64,000 nt of DNA. Source: Paragordius varius (Eukaryota; Animalia; Nematomorpha). The notes beneath the pieces were generated by a model. That model saw only the letters and a list, made by a program, of their open reading frames with translations. It did no database searches and was not told the DNA's origin. Where the stretch lies: positions 7,502,001 to 7,566,000 of the forward strand of contig OZ176052.1 of the NCBI GenBank assembly GCA_964247055.1, given 5' to 3'. The stretch's first letter is position 1, and each line of letters begins with the position of its first letter. This document shows, one piece after another, positions 1-14,100 of the stretch. A program made the position numbers and the translations under genes.

Positions 1-155
1 ACAGACATATAAGTTGCTTCATTGCACAGTCATCTTTTAAACTTTATTAGTCAATCAATTTATTAGTAAGTTATTTATTCTACTGTGTAAGTGCATTCAT
101 TATAAAATATGAATTTTTATAATTGGTATTTATATGTTTTTGAATTTAAATTTAG

Positions 156-3100
156 GGATTACGGGGAATGTTAGTATAGATGCTAATGGTGATAGGTATA
201 CGGATTACTCCTTGTGGGACCTAAATCCGGTTACGGGGCGTTTTCAAGTATATTTTATTGTAAATTTAAAATTATAACAAAACCTAAATGTAAAAAAATG
301 TAAGAAAATAATGCAACCTTATGTTAATGCTTAAAGACCGTAATTAATTTTCGAAACGGTTAAAACCAATCAAGATAAAAAATTTTGCCATATGCATTAG
401 TATATGTACCATAAATATTTATATGTTCCATATTAGGTAGTGTTAAATTATTATGGGAAAGATAATTCTTTGGTTGAAGTGCCCAACAAAACTATTCATT
501 GGGCCGGAGGTCGGACTTCCGCTCCTTTAGATCAACCCGTTTGTGGATTCGATGGTAGCTTATGCAAGAAAAAGGGTAATCCATATTATATTTTTTATTA
601 TCCTTTTTTTTGAAAAAGTTTAAACGAATCTATTTTTCGTTTTAAAACAGAATTTCCCAAATACGCCATTATTATCACATTTTTGGGATCACTCGTTTTC
701 ATTCTCATGATCCTATCATTATTCATATATCGCCGGTACCGGATAGAATCGGAATTGGGTAATATGAAATGGCGCATAGATTGGGATGATTTGATGTTCC
801 AAAATTTCTTGCAGCCCAAGGATAACAAAAAGTTTGGGAGTAATTGGAGTCTCAATCGATTAGGGTTGGATGATACTAAAAGTAAAAAGTCACGTTTACG
901 TGGTAATATTCCTCACAAAAAACGATCTCATCGTTTGCACGGGTATCTGAAAGGAACACCTTCAAATCATTTATATTCCCCGAGTGGTCCATTAACCCAT
1001 CATCTCTCTTTCGCATCAACTAAATGTTTGAGTCCTGTTCAAGGAGTTAACACCGAAGATGAAATGGAAAATAACCGTTTAGGTCTTGTCGGCGCAGTCG
1101 TCAAAAAGGGTAGGGAGGAGCGACTTAAAAAACGTTCGCTGGAATATTCTTCGGATACGGCTCTGAGTGAAAGTATGTTTAATGATGACAGTGGTGATAG
1201 CAATAGCTCATCAACACAAATGAAAGTTCACAAAAACAGTGATTCACACGAACAACAGGATCCACTTCTCTCTTTTTACCGAAGGCGTTATTCTCAACCC
1301 CCTAACCATCATCAACAACAAGGACAAAATCATCATTTTAGTTTAACTAATGCTTTGCATCGCGGATCTAATTTTTTCCACTTACACGATAGTTCAGCCC
1401 ATGCAACAGTTAATTCAACATTCAATGATGTTGAACCCAAAAAGAAAAAATCCAGCATGAGGAATCGACTTTTGTCAAGTATGACATCATTTATTTTTTT
1501 AAAATCATTATTTAACTTAAAAAAATCTTTATGAATGTTGTTAGTGTTAATATTTATAATTTTTTTGAAGTTTAAGATTTGTTTATGTCCAACAAAAAAC
1601 TACATAAAAGCAAGTTTCGCTGTGTTTTATATATAATACTTTTTGATTAACTGCACTTCGAGCCAAATCAACTACTGTAGACCTATTATGTCAAAGATGT
1701 ATTATATAATAATCGATATTTTACACAATAAATATATGGTATTAGAAATTGATCCACAATATTACAATCGGTACAGTAAGATATCTAAATTATCAAAAAT
1801 AACGAGCGAAGAATTGGAAAAATTGCATAGGCATCATCATCAAAGCCACAAGAAGAGTTCAGATTCAACCTGGTATGCAGGTTTGACCTCGTTTTAGTTT
1901 TTAACCCATAGATTTAGCAAGGAATTGGGAATGGATTACATCCGTTCGTATTGCATACTACAAAAGTGTCCCTGTTATCTTAAAACCGGTTGTTATGAAA
2001 AAAAAGATTGAGATTACACGTTCAATGTTAATGGAAATAAAGATACGCAAAGACTTGCAAAATGATTACATAACAAGGTAATTTTTGGCCTCTAAAGTAG
2101 GGCAGTTCCGTAGGGCTTCGCGGGCCGCATTTGTAAAATACATGGGCATTAATAAATATTTTATTAGATTTTAAACACAAGACACTGTAAAAATCAAACA
2201 CATATAACTGCTATTTATTTTACCAATTTTCGCTAGTTTGACAACATTTAGAATAAGAAATATCAATTTTACCAGGTTTCATAACTAGCATATTTATGCA
2301 AATTTTTTTGGTAAATTATCAAATTTTTGCCGTCCGTGTTGGACACCTCTACTTCAAAATAAAATAATTGAGAATATACTACGACAATATTTTTTTGCTA
2401 TCTTCTAAAACGTTTGGTGACATTAATTGATATAAAATATTAGATTTATCGGAGCATGCTTAGAAAACGTAAATCCTCTCCATAATTGTTTGGTAATGGA
2501 GTATTGTCAAAAGGGTAGTTTGAAGGATATTTTGGAAAACACAAAATTACAACTCGATTGGATGTTTCGTTATTCTTTAATGCATGATTTGACGAAAGTA
2601 TTGTATAATTCAATGTTTAAACGCATATTAAGTAACAAACAATCTTCTTGTTAACTGTTTTTTAATCTTACAGGGCATGTGTTTTTTGCACAATGGTGAA
2701 ATAAAATCTCACGGTAACCTGAAATCAACTAATTGTTTGGTTGATTCCCGATTTGTGCTCAAAATAACGGATTTCGGTTTGCACACTTTACGCCCAAATA
2801 TGGATGAGTTCTACAAAGGGTCCGACGAATTTTATGAAAGTTTGATATACACATATTTGTATAATATTTTAATATAGTTAATATACATTTCTTATTGTAT
2901 ATCAGGAAAATTATGGTCAGCTCCAGAAATACTCAGGGTATCAGATCCACCACCTGGGGGCACCCAAAAGGGAGATGTTTATTCATTTGCCATCATTATG
3001 CAAGAAATTGTGTTGCGCAAAGGAACATTCTACCTTGGAGAGGACTCAAATTTTAGTGTACATGGTATGGAATAGATTGCTTTATATCAAATTCGAAACT

Positions 3101-6100
3101 TATTTTATGGTGTAAAATAGTTAGCTAAAATTCAATATTGTTAAACTCCTTGAAATAAAAATTGAATGATATGGAAATATTTTGGCATTATGTCTCAAAT
3201 GAGAAAATTAAAATTGGGCCAAATTATAAGAGTAATGTATTTTTGGCCAATCCTACTATGGAAAACATTTAAATTTACTCCATTGCTCAATTAATAATTA
3301 GATTTGTGGATATCAAGAGACATGATTTTATGATGTCAAATTCAAACCAACTAAAAAACCAAAAAACATCCTAAAATTAAAATTATTGATATTTCCTAAA
3401 TAGATTGTAATTTCCATATTTCCTATTTAGATATTTATCAACGGGTTAAAGCGGGTTATAATCTTAACATTCCACACTATTTTCGACCAACCTTAGCCGG
3501 AGCAGAATGTGATCAACAAGTTATAAAGTTAATTGAAAAATGTTGGAGCGAGGAACCAGTGGAACGTATGGACTTCAATTCTATACGGCTTATAATACGG
3601 CGTATCAATAAGTATATTTTTTAAATGCTTTATTACACTACAAAATTATTTTTTTTTCAATTTATAATTAATTTTTGTGATTAAATGTTTTTGACTGAAT
3701 ATTTTTATTTAAACGGCTGTCTTTAAGTAAATTATTAACTATATATTCCTGTATAACAATAACACATTTAAGCTGTATATGTCAGATATTTAATTTAGTG
3801 GTTAAACCTCAAAAGTTGTCATATATCACAATTTCGGTCAACCAACTAACCTAACTAACTAATTTATATTGTGTTAAATTGAATAGAGAAAATGAAAGTG
3901 ACAATATTTTGGACAATTTATTGTCTCGCATGGAACATTATGCAAACAATTTGGAGAATTTGGTTGAACAACGAACCGCAGATTATCTGGAGCAAAAACG
4001 GAAAGCCGAAGAGGTCTTGTATCAATTGTTACCCAAGTATATTACATTAAAATTTTCTAACTTTTTTTAATTGCATCAATTAAGTTAGTTATGTTGAATT
4101 TTATCAATTTTTATACAATAATAGTATTATATAGACTAATTAATCAACAACTTTTGAAAATAAAAATAGATCAGTTGCCGTGCAACTTATCCGAGGAGAA
4201 TCAGTTACGGCAGAATCTTTCGACTGCGTTTCCATTTATTTTAGCGATATTGTGGGATTTACCTCTTTATCTGCTAGCAGTACACCAATGCAAGTAAACA
4301 TTTAAATTGTTTTTTCGTTAAATATTTTCTTAGTATCGTTTTAATTAAATTTGTAAAAATCATTTAGGATTTTGTTATACTTAAACATATAATTTGTAGG
4401 TTGTTGATTTGTTAAACGATCTCTACACCTGTTTTGATTCAACCATTGGAAACTTTGATGTGTACAAGGTATTATATTTTTTTAAAATTGACCTTATTTT
4501 TTCTCGATATATTGGTATATAGATATATTTTAGTTAAAATCGGCTTATTGCCTACGATACCGTGTTTACATTTTGAAATTTATAATGTTAAAATTTCCTA
4601 ATTTTATACTTAAATTGCATAAGTTTATTTCACACAACAATCATGACCCTACCTGCTGCATGTCACAAAATAAAAGACTATTTTTTCTACACATTATTTA
4701 TCCATGATATTTTTATTAAATAAAATACATGTAATTAATAAAATGCTGAAACGTTATTACAAAATCGTACAAATCTAGTGTTGATCTTTTCATTAAAAAA
4801 CTATACTTTAAAAAAAATAAGAGTCACTTTATCGTAGTTGAAATATAAATATTTATTTTAGGTGGAGACTATTGGCGATGCATATATGGTGGTGTCAGGA
4901 TTGCCTAAACGGTTACCCAACGAAAAACATGCTAAAGAAATCGCTTCTATGGCTTTAGCCCTTCAAATGGCCGTTAGTTCATTCACTATTCGGCACCGAC
5001 CTTATGAAAAACTTATACTACGGATAGGATTACATTCTGGTACCATATATTATTCTATTATTATACTTTTTAACAATATAAATATTTATTTGAAATTTGT
5101 ATTTGCACTATACCCTTTTAATATAAAACTGTATAAAATCTCTCTATATATTGCAATTAAAGGTCCTTGTGTTGCTGGAGTAGTTGGTTTAAAAATGCCC
5201 AGATATTGTTTATTTGGAGACACGGTAAATACAGCTTCTCGGATGGAATCCACAGGAGAACGTAAATTTTAATTTATAACATCGATCATTATAAAAGAAA
5301 ACTTCTAATTTTAAATTGATTAATTATCTGGAAAATACCCTATCATTTAAAACTTAAATATCTGATTCAATGAAATTCATTTATATTTTATGAAAATTGG
5401 TCTAAAAATTTAAATTAATTTTACAGGCTTTAATAAAATAGTACATATCAATATCTATTCAGCGCTTAAATAATGTAATTTATGAAACTGGGGCTCCTTG
5501 ATTTGATTACATATAAGGCATGCCATATTACGATTTATTTTTGTATAAATTTAGCTAACAAAATCCACATTAGTTCATATCTGAAAGACTTGATAGCACC
5601 TTTGGACCTGTTTGAAGTCGAACTACGAGGCGAAGTAGATGTCAAAGTATGCTCTTAACTATTTTTTTCGATTCAACGATTCAAGGCATATACCAATTAA
5701 TTTATTATGGATTAGGGCAAAGGAAAGTTAACCACATACTGGCTTTTGGGCTATCATGATAAAACGACCCCGCTCATAAATGGTAATGTAGTAGAAAATA
5801 ATGAGGATAACGAGAGTAAACGCTATAAATTACGCAAAAACAGTCAAAAAATGCGTAAAATTAGTATTCCACATGAACCACTCCCCCTCAGATCTGATGT
5901 TGAAATACCGGAACCTCAGTTAGATCCCATTCCATCTTACTTGACCGAACCGTCAGATAAGACAAATAGTTCTTCATCCACAACAATTAGCAATAATAAT
6001 ATACCAAACGCATTTAAGGATATAAACATAATAAATCCGATCGAAAATTCTGAAATAGCCAGAAACCGTAAAGATAATCTCCACAGACGCCAAGAAATGA

Positions 6101-7484
6101 TTTCAACGTATGGAACACCCCCTTCTTCACCCTCAAATATAGAAAAATTGAACATTGCAGACAATAATATTCCATCATTATCTCCATTTTCCCGACCACC
6201 GGCGAATATATGTGATGTTACGAACCATGACTCAAATATCTGTGATCTTCCAACTTCAAAAAATGATGGTATATTGTATATATTTAGCTTAAGAGGGGTG
6301 ATGGGTTAATTAAGAAGGATGCCGGACTCTTACACCGTGTCTGCTTTGCTCCAGAGTTAAACCACATATTTTTTAATCATCAGTCCGTCCTGGGCAGGCA
6401 AGAGTGTTAAAACTTCATGTGTCCTTAATACAATTTGAGCCAAAATAGACATTATTTTAACAGAGGTTTCCAACACAAATGGCTTCTGGGCCGCATATTT
6501 GCCCCAACCCCGGTGGGCTGCTGTAATATATATGGGCATTTATAATTGATTTCTTAGAACTCTAAAACGCGTACACAATAACAATTTTTATTGTACTTCT
6601 TGCCAATTAAATATATTTATTTAGAAAAATTATTTAAGAAAACTGTTTTACCAAGATATAGTAAACATATTTTCGCAAATTATGGATTTCTAAATTTTTC
6701 GCGGGCCGCGGGCCTCGTGTTGGAAGCCCCTGCTCTAAACTAAAAGGTTTATTCTAAGGTAAAATTATATATAAGATTATATTATTGACCAATAGTATCT
6801 ATTGTTTTTATGTAAAAAGCAATAAATGACACCAATTCTGTTCCTACAAATGTCCTCAACCACGACCCAACGAACCAATTAATTGAACCCAAAACTATTG
6901 AAGAGGATAAAAAGAAAGAAGAACTTTTACTCAGAGATCAAGAGTTGTTAAAATACAACATATCATCACCAAAACTACATGATTCCACCTTAGATCCCTT
7001 GTTTGTAAATAAAGGTCATTCTTTCCATCAAAAACGATTAGGAACTTCGACAAAAAATTTATATAATTCAATGTCAGGAAAAGCTAAAAATATATTTGGA
7101 TCTACCCTATCTCTCCTCGCCAACAATACAAGTGGAAACACTTTGGCTTCTAAAAATGCTTCATCACCAAATTCGGCTGGCGATGGATCTTATCGAAAAA
7201 GTCCAATAAATACTCCAAAATTTTTCAAATTTCCAAGTTTGTCGAATAATATAAATCATTTATCTAATATACATACAACGAATCATGGTAACTATAAATC
7301 TGATGAAGGGAAAACATTAATCGAATCTCCTCACGAAACAGATGCAAATGAAGATGGTGAACAAAAAACAAAAACTATTCCTAACAAAGAGGATGTATCC
7401 CCTACTAAAGAGGAAAAGAAATCGAACCCTTATCAAAAACAATATTTTGCTAAACCATTCCCCAAAAAAACTGGTGCCGGTTAA
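156..7484 (+). CDS. Receptor-type (NPR-like) transmembrane guanylyl cyclase; 5' part lies outside the window; multi-exon
   Basis: Spliced exons give, in order: the end of the extracellular domain ([23 protein letters not shown]; HWAGG...[14 protein letters not shown]), a TM helix ([25 protein letters not shown]), a kinase-homology domain (FIGAC...[12 protein letters not shown]; [24 protein letters not shown]; KLWSAPE; [10 protein letters not shown]), the coiled-coil hinge ([20 protein letters not shown]) and a cyclase domain with guanylyl-specific residues ([17 protein letters not shown]; [19 protein letters not shown]). The last exon, 6820-7484, is in phase with the donor at 6269. Confidence 0.95.
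2098..2351. mobile_element. Degenerate hAT (Buster-like) MITE in a guanylyl cyclase intron
   Basis: Left end TAGGGCAGTTCC, right end GTGTTGGACACCTCTA. It has the subterminal GCGGGCCGCA motif shared with the copies at 6461, 36087 and 58360. Flanking 8-mers CTCTAAAG/CTTCAAAA match at 5/8. Confidence 0.55.
6293..6436 (+). mobile_element. tRNA-derived SINE copy
   Basis: Head GAGGGGTGATGG...GCCGGACTCTTACACC...CCAGAGTTAAACC. The body (GGCAAGAGTGTTAAAACTTCATGTGTCCTTAATACAATTT) is homologous to the reverse complement of 59959-60068, and the head is homologous to 48660-48714. Confidence 0.6.
6461..6732. mobile_element. hAT (Buster-like) MITE, 272 bp
   Basis: 16-bp TIRs CAGAGGTTTCCAACAC / GTGTTGGAAGCCCCTG (14/16 match) and GGGCCGC subterminal motifs. 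The right flank CTCTAAAC fits the Buster nnnTAnnn target; the left TSD is not conserved. Confidence 0.75.
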
Positions 7485-8181
7485 TTTTATTCTAGTCCTA
7501 AAAAAAGATGTTTTGAAACAACAGAGTTAGCTGCATTTATGCTAAATATTATAAATCCATAAACGGCAAATGTATAAATTTTAAAGATCATCATCAACAT
7601 ATATTAAATTATAAGATGATTTTAAATAAGCATTTTATCAAATATATATTTTACATATTTTATAGTTCAATAAATTATTTGACGATATTTTAATCTTTTG
7701 TGAAACTTTTTTATTGGAATTTATTTCGTCAAACAAACATTTCTACCATAATATTAAAAAAATTATGTAAAAACCTTCCTAACCACTAATATTAATTCTT
7801 TAAAGATATAATTAACGTCCGCTGAAATGAAAATTTTTAACACAATATTTGATGAATTTTTTGATTAGTGAGGTCGGAATTCAGTGTTACAAAATATATT
7901 AAGGGTGTTTTTTAAATAAATTTATTAATTGCACACTAAAAAATATTATCATACAGTATCAAAAAAGTTCATACAATGTTTATAAATGATTTACATGCAC
8001 CCCTATATATTGTATAAAAATGTAGTAATATATGCATTATATGTAGGTTTATATTCGATTTTTGATCTTGATAAACAATGAAATCTAAAAAATAATATAA
8101 AAAATTAAATTAAATAATGAGAAAAACTAAATAAGATATTAGAATGAGATAAATTTTACCACATTTTAATATATAGTATCT

Positions 8182-11100
8182 TTAACTGATTGGACGATCA
8201 GCTATCGTAAATATCTGGTTTAAACGTTTTAGTTGTGATTCATTAAGCTGTCCAAACATTTGCATCGATAAATTAGGATCTCGTTTTTGTAATTCTAATA
8301 TAATATGATTAAGATATCATTGTGTTGTATCCTATCATTATTATGTAAATCATTTATGTTAATATGATATTAAAAATGTAAATCTCTCTTTTATCCAATA
8401 TTTCTCTATCAAAAGAAGAATATTAATTGAATACAAAATATATTTTGACAAAAAGTGTGAATTTCAGTATTCTTTTTGGCAAAGAGTTTCTAAACGACTC
8501 AAAATATCACATTTTTTTTATTATTTTTATAAATCGCACATAAATTTGGCAAATATTGTATAAAAAATTATTTAAATTTGTTATTAGAGTGTAAATAATA
8601 ATGTATAAGTAAAAATGTAGTTTTTACCCTGAATACTTTGCTTGAAAAGAACGAATTCATTTATTTTAGTATCGTCATCGACGAGGCAAGTAAATGAATC
8701 CAAACCAGTCATATCAAAGTCCTCATCATCTTCATATTCATCCTCAACTTCTGAATCGTTTTCAATGGGTTCATCCAAGTTCTATAAGTTAAATATCATT
8801 CATTATTTTGTAAATATGTAATATAGAGTAAGGAAATATAACATTTTAATCTATATATTTATAAAAATGAAAAATGCTGGCTTTGTGATCTGTTTCCGGA
8901 AAACCGGTAAACCCATTCAAATCCAAATATGGAAAAAATATAATCATTAATGAATGCCCCGACAATAGCTTCGCCCTTTTTTTGAATTAGTCCCCCAGTT
9001 CGGGCCCACCCCGTGTAAAAAACGGTTTTTTTTAAAAACAGAAATCCACAAAAATCGTGTCTTTGAGACAATTTTCCGGAGAACGTGTTGGACCATTAAA
9101 TTTCAAATATAATTTTTGTTTAGTTATTTTCGATTGCGCCGAACATAGTCGGCGCGCGTTTTTAATTTAGGCCCTCTTTTTACCCGCTCCCCCCGTAAAA
9201 TGCCATTTTTTTCAAAAAACAAAGTCCACAAAAATAATTTTTTAAATCTATTTTTCCCTAAGTAAACAATAAATTAGTATGAATGCACCGTTTTAAAATT
9301 CCTATGAGATCATACCTATTAAATAATGTTTCGAAATAATCCACATATGTGGATCATTTTATTGTCCCTTTTTTCAAAGAGCCTCGGGCTGCGTAGCAGC
9401 ACGAGATTTACGCTAGTATTTTATATATATTATAAATAAACCAATTATTTTATGGATGATTTAAAGCATGTACATAAATTGGCAAAATTAATAGACTAGT
9501 TGAAAAAAGGTATGGTCTAACTCTAATGGGTTAGTATTTTTTGTAATATTTTGCATAAAGGCTTAATTATTTTTTAGTATTTTCTCTTCAGTAAAATATA
9601 TTCCAATGCTCTTTCAATATGGTAGAAAACTTTATTTGAAGATGTTGACCGAATAGTAATATTTTAAAAATGTCAAAGTATTTAGTTTGAATTCTGTAAG
9701 CGTTGCCCTAGTTATATAACATTAATTGGCTAAAGCATAAAAAACAAATCGATAGATTTATATTTTGGCGTATCATAGATCCATGGATATAGTTTATCAT
9801 TATATTAAATTTGCCTAATCAAAATCGTAGCCTAATTTATAGAATTCATAACTCAAACCCACCCAAAATTGTTAAAAACAATAAGAGTATGTACAGATTA
9901 GATGAGCTATGCATGATATTTCCTCTAATCAATGGCCGAACCAAATTTTAATCGAAGGCCTATAAAGTTTTGAAAATTTTAATCTTCAACAATTTTAGTA
10001 TGATTCCACCAAACAGCTAAAACCTAAAGGATGTTCATTCAGCGCAATTATTAACGCTATTATGGACGTATACCACGCTTAATTTCTATAAACTACTGGG
10101 TGCAAAATGCCAGTACCTATAAGCCCAAAAAACGAACGAGTGGGAAATGTATTACGATTCAATAGCTCTCATACAAAACAAGTTGACAAAAACCGCATCC
10201 GACAGTTGATAGACTAAATAGTGAGTGATAAGATATTATATATATTTAAAAGTGTCTTAGAGAGAATTATTCAAGTAAAGCAAGTAATTTTTTTTGAATT
10301 AAATATGTAAGAAGAAAGAAAATAAACTACTTGTGCCTTGCCATATTCCTCATTCATACCATGATCTCCAGCTGAAATATCGTCATTTGCCGCCTAAATT
10401 TTTGTATTATAAACGATGTTTTAAGTAATGTTTAGTTGAAAGTTCAAAACTCATTTTAAAACTTTTATAACTTAAATTTGGGGAATATTCTTAAATTTAA
10501 TATTATAAGCCAAAATAAAAATTTAGCCATGAGTCAAAAAAACTAACATTTTTCCTCAATTTGATAATTTTTGCTTTAATAATTTATTAATAGTTGACAT
10601 ACTTTGATTAATAAAATGCTTAATAAATTATTACTAATGTCATTAAAATGATAAATTTATTTTATTGCAATTGTATGCAATAAAAAAATCTCATAATGAA
10701 ATCTGAATATTTACGATATGAATATTAGATAGCTGTCAGGGCTAAAATTCGCAAATTTGATCGTACACATTAATGTATTAGATAAATGGTTTTTAACAAA
10801 AAAAAATTATGAAGAATTTCCAGTTTCTAAAATTTTTAAAATGTTTTTACCGAAGGTGCTACAGCTTCCAAATAACGTTTACGGTTTGTGTCCACATCAT
10901 CTTCATCATCATTCAACGGTTCTAAAACGCAAAAAAGTAAAAAAATTCTACCAATTATAATTACTAGATTAGCATTTATTACGATTTTATTATAAATTTA
11001 TTAAAAATAGTAAATTACATAGAGAAAAATTTAGTCTTATTTCAAAATTTAAATAATGTCGTCGATGTATATGAATAATCTACTGTTTCAATTGCATATG

Positions 11101-14100
11101 GATTGCGAATAAATAGTTTAGATTTGTATTTTAAATTAAACATGGAAAAAAATATATCAGACACTCATTTATGAATACCTACCCTGATCAAGAATGATGA
11201 TAAATATTTTTATATTACTTAGCATCAAAAGCCAATACTATAATTTATACTTGTAGATGCGAAATTTTACACGTATGAAACAGTGTTTTCTAAAACACAA
11301 TTTTGATGTGAGCATATCAAAAGTATTATTATATTATAGCTATTAATATAAATTTGATTTGATATCGTTTGATAAATTAAATAGGTGACTATCTCAACTA
11401 TTATATAATATGGTATATGTAGAATTAATAAAAATAAAAAGTTATATATTGATTTGAATTAAACAATATAGTTCAATTTAAGTTGAAACTTGTTATTGTT
11501 TATCTCATAGATTACGTATTTTATTAAATTAGCTTTACAAAGTTAAAGGATTTTTTTTAAAACTAATAATAATTAACTGGATGCTTATCATTAGATAGTT
11601 ATAAATAAAAAACTATTTCGTATCCATTTTAGATAAAATAAACACTGTCAAAAGTAAGTTTGGGATAAAAATTTCTTAAAGCAGCAGCACACATGAATGC
11701 AATGCAAAGAAGAACGCAAATTAAGCCAAACTTACCTTTCAAATAAACCAGGATTTTTAATACACCATATACGAATAATATAAAATTTGTTTTATTAAAA
11801 TTATAATATAGAATCTTGCTGAATAAACATCTAAATATATTGATAGTCTCCAAGGATAACAACATTTAATCTCAATTAATAATCAACCATATAAAAGTTA
11901 TATTGAAAAATTAATTTTGGATTTTTATTTGGTATTTTCAATAAAATTAATTAATTATATTATACCTTTTAAATCTTGGGGCGTAATATCGTCATCACTA
12001 TCCGGGTCATAATCTTCAATATCCTCATCAGCTTCTCCGTCTTGATCTTCCCAAGAGGATTCACTTTGTTCACTTTTCTTACGCGCTACACACACAAAAA
12101 AGACAAAAATTAAAATAAAGTAAAATTTGTGTTTGTTTTTTGTTAACACCAATTTTTTGAGATTCTGCCTAGTATATATATATATATATATATATAAGCT
12201 TAATGTTCATTTATTATATATATATATATAAGCTTAATGTTCATTTAAAATAAGGTGCATTTTACCTGAAATCGATATAAAATTCAATATCAATATTTTT
12301 AAGTGATGTGATTTAAAATTATTACTGGTAAAATTTAAATACATAAATCTTCTAAAGATTAATATTCAGCATATGAAATGTGTATTGCTTATAATATCAG
12401 TAACATCAATTATTTAAAAATATAGTAAAAGTTAATTTCATTACATTGTTTTAGTTTGTTGAGTTCTTCCAATTGTGTCAGGCATCCACGCATCATTTTT
12501 TGCCCATATTTAATCATGAAGGGAGTTAACAATGGTTGAATATCAGTCGGCATATTTAGCATAGAAGATAGAGCGAGAACGCAAACTTTATTATCATGAA
12601 TACTAAAATTTGTATATAGGTATAAAATATTTTAAAAATATTCATTATCTAAAAAATATTATAGTACAATAATATAATCATATGGAAACATTAAAAATAA
12701 AAGACTTATATTTTTTTAACCTTGAGTTACTAAAATCAATCGATTTGCGAAATAAAAAAAGAAATGATTGGTGGTAACACAATCAATTACAAATTTCAAT
12801 ATTATAATCATATAGGTTAATGGTGAAAAGTTTAATCTTTTTATTTATGTATTGTCTTTTCAATCAATGTGGTATATATCTTTACCCATTATAAAAACCC
12901 GTCTTAATTTGTCCAAACCAATGAATAATGAAAAGTTCTAATGCCGCTGTTGAGGGATCGATCGTCTTTATTTTATTATTGTTACCATCACCATTTTTAT
13001 TATTGGCATTTGTATTATTCACTTTTCCAGCCATGTAATTTCTTAAAAACGTTATTTGTTCAGGTGTACCATCAGTACACTGTTCGGGTGATATGGAAAG
13101 AAAGGCTTTTAGTGTTAAACTTGGATTGAGAAATAGGCATGCTAGCACAACCAAGGTATGCATTTGAGCATTCGTTTCGGTCATGTGATAACCATCATCC
13201 TCTGCAAAAATAATTGGTTATTAAAAAAAGTATTATGAGACAAATATTATAAATTTTAAAATATAAACAACTAAAATACAGTAAAAACTGATATTATACG
13301 GACAAAACGTGAAAATATAAAGACAAATATGTTTTCAACCATACTTTTTAAATAATGTTTAATATAACACATTGTTTTAAATGGCAAAGTGTAAAATAGA
13401 GATATATATCACTAACACAATAATTTTATATTTTACAATTGTAACTAAATAGCTTATATAAGAAAAATTAAGGTTTTGAAAAAGCATGGTTGTCTTTTAG
13501 ATATAAATATTTGTCATTATATTTTTACGTTTTGTCCGTATATTTTCAATTTTTACTAAAATAGAACAAATGGTTAAAATCGTTAGTTTCAATTAAAGTG
13601 CAGCAAACGTTTTACAGAATATCAATTTTATGGTAAGAAATAACGTAATATAAACCTTCATCCATACCGTTTTTGACTCCGTTTTCTTTAATACCTTTAT
13701 ATAAACAAAAAAATAAAAAAATAAACTTTTAGGCTTATTAACGCTATAAACTAAGGTGGGGTTTTCAAAAAAGCTATACAAACTTTGTTTGATGTCAATC
13801 TCCTATCTTTATGTTATAGTTTAATTTATGAAATAAAAACTTTCAAAAGAATACCAAATTGCATGTAATTTATTACTCTCTCATTTAATTCACAACCTTA
13901 ATTGGTTAATATAGTTGTGTAAAGTTAAGGATGCAAAACGCAATAGTTGTTAAATGGACTGTGAATTGCATATAAAAGCTGCTTGGTTAAAAACCCAACC
14001 CTGGTATAAATTAAACGTAATTTAAATAAATTTCACCATTAGTAATGATTTCACGAGCATCTTTGATGGGTTGATTTTCAATTTTTGTCTCATTTTTGTT

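Noticed and set aside
683-1534. A stand-alone 283-aa protein
   Set aside because: It is an internal exon (651-1478) of the guanylyl cyclase. It carries the TM helix and joins flanking exons in phase.
8859-9071. Similar short ORFs at 8859, 27916-28287, 53187 and 62134-62594 as a small gene family
   Set aside because: They are chance frames, on either strand, within copies of the same non-coding Helitron; their starts, stops and frames are not conserved between copies.
12174-12247. (TA)n plus AGCTTAATGTTCATTTA duplicated in tandem
   Set aside because: Ordinary microsatellite-associated slippage in an IPO7 intron, with no sign of function.
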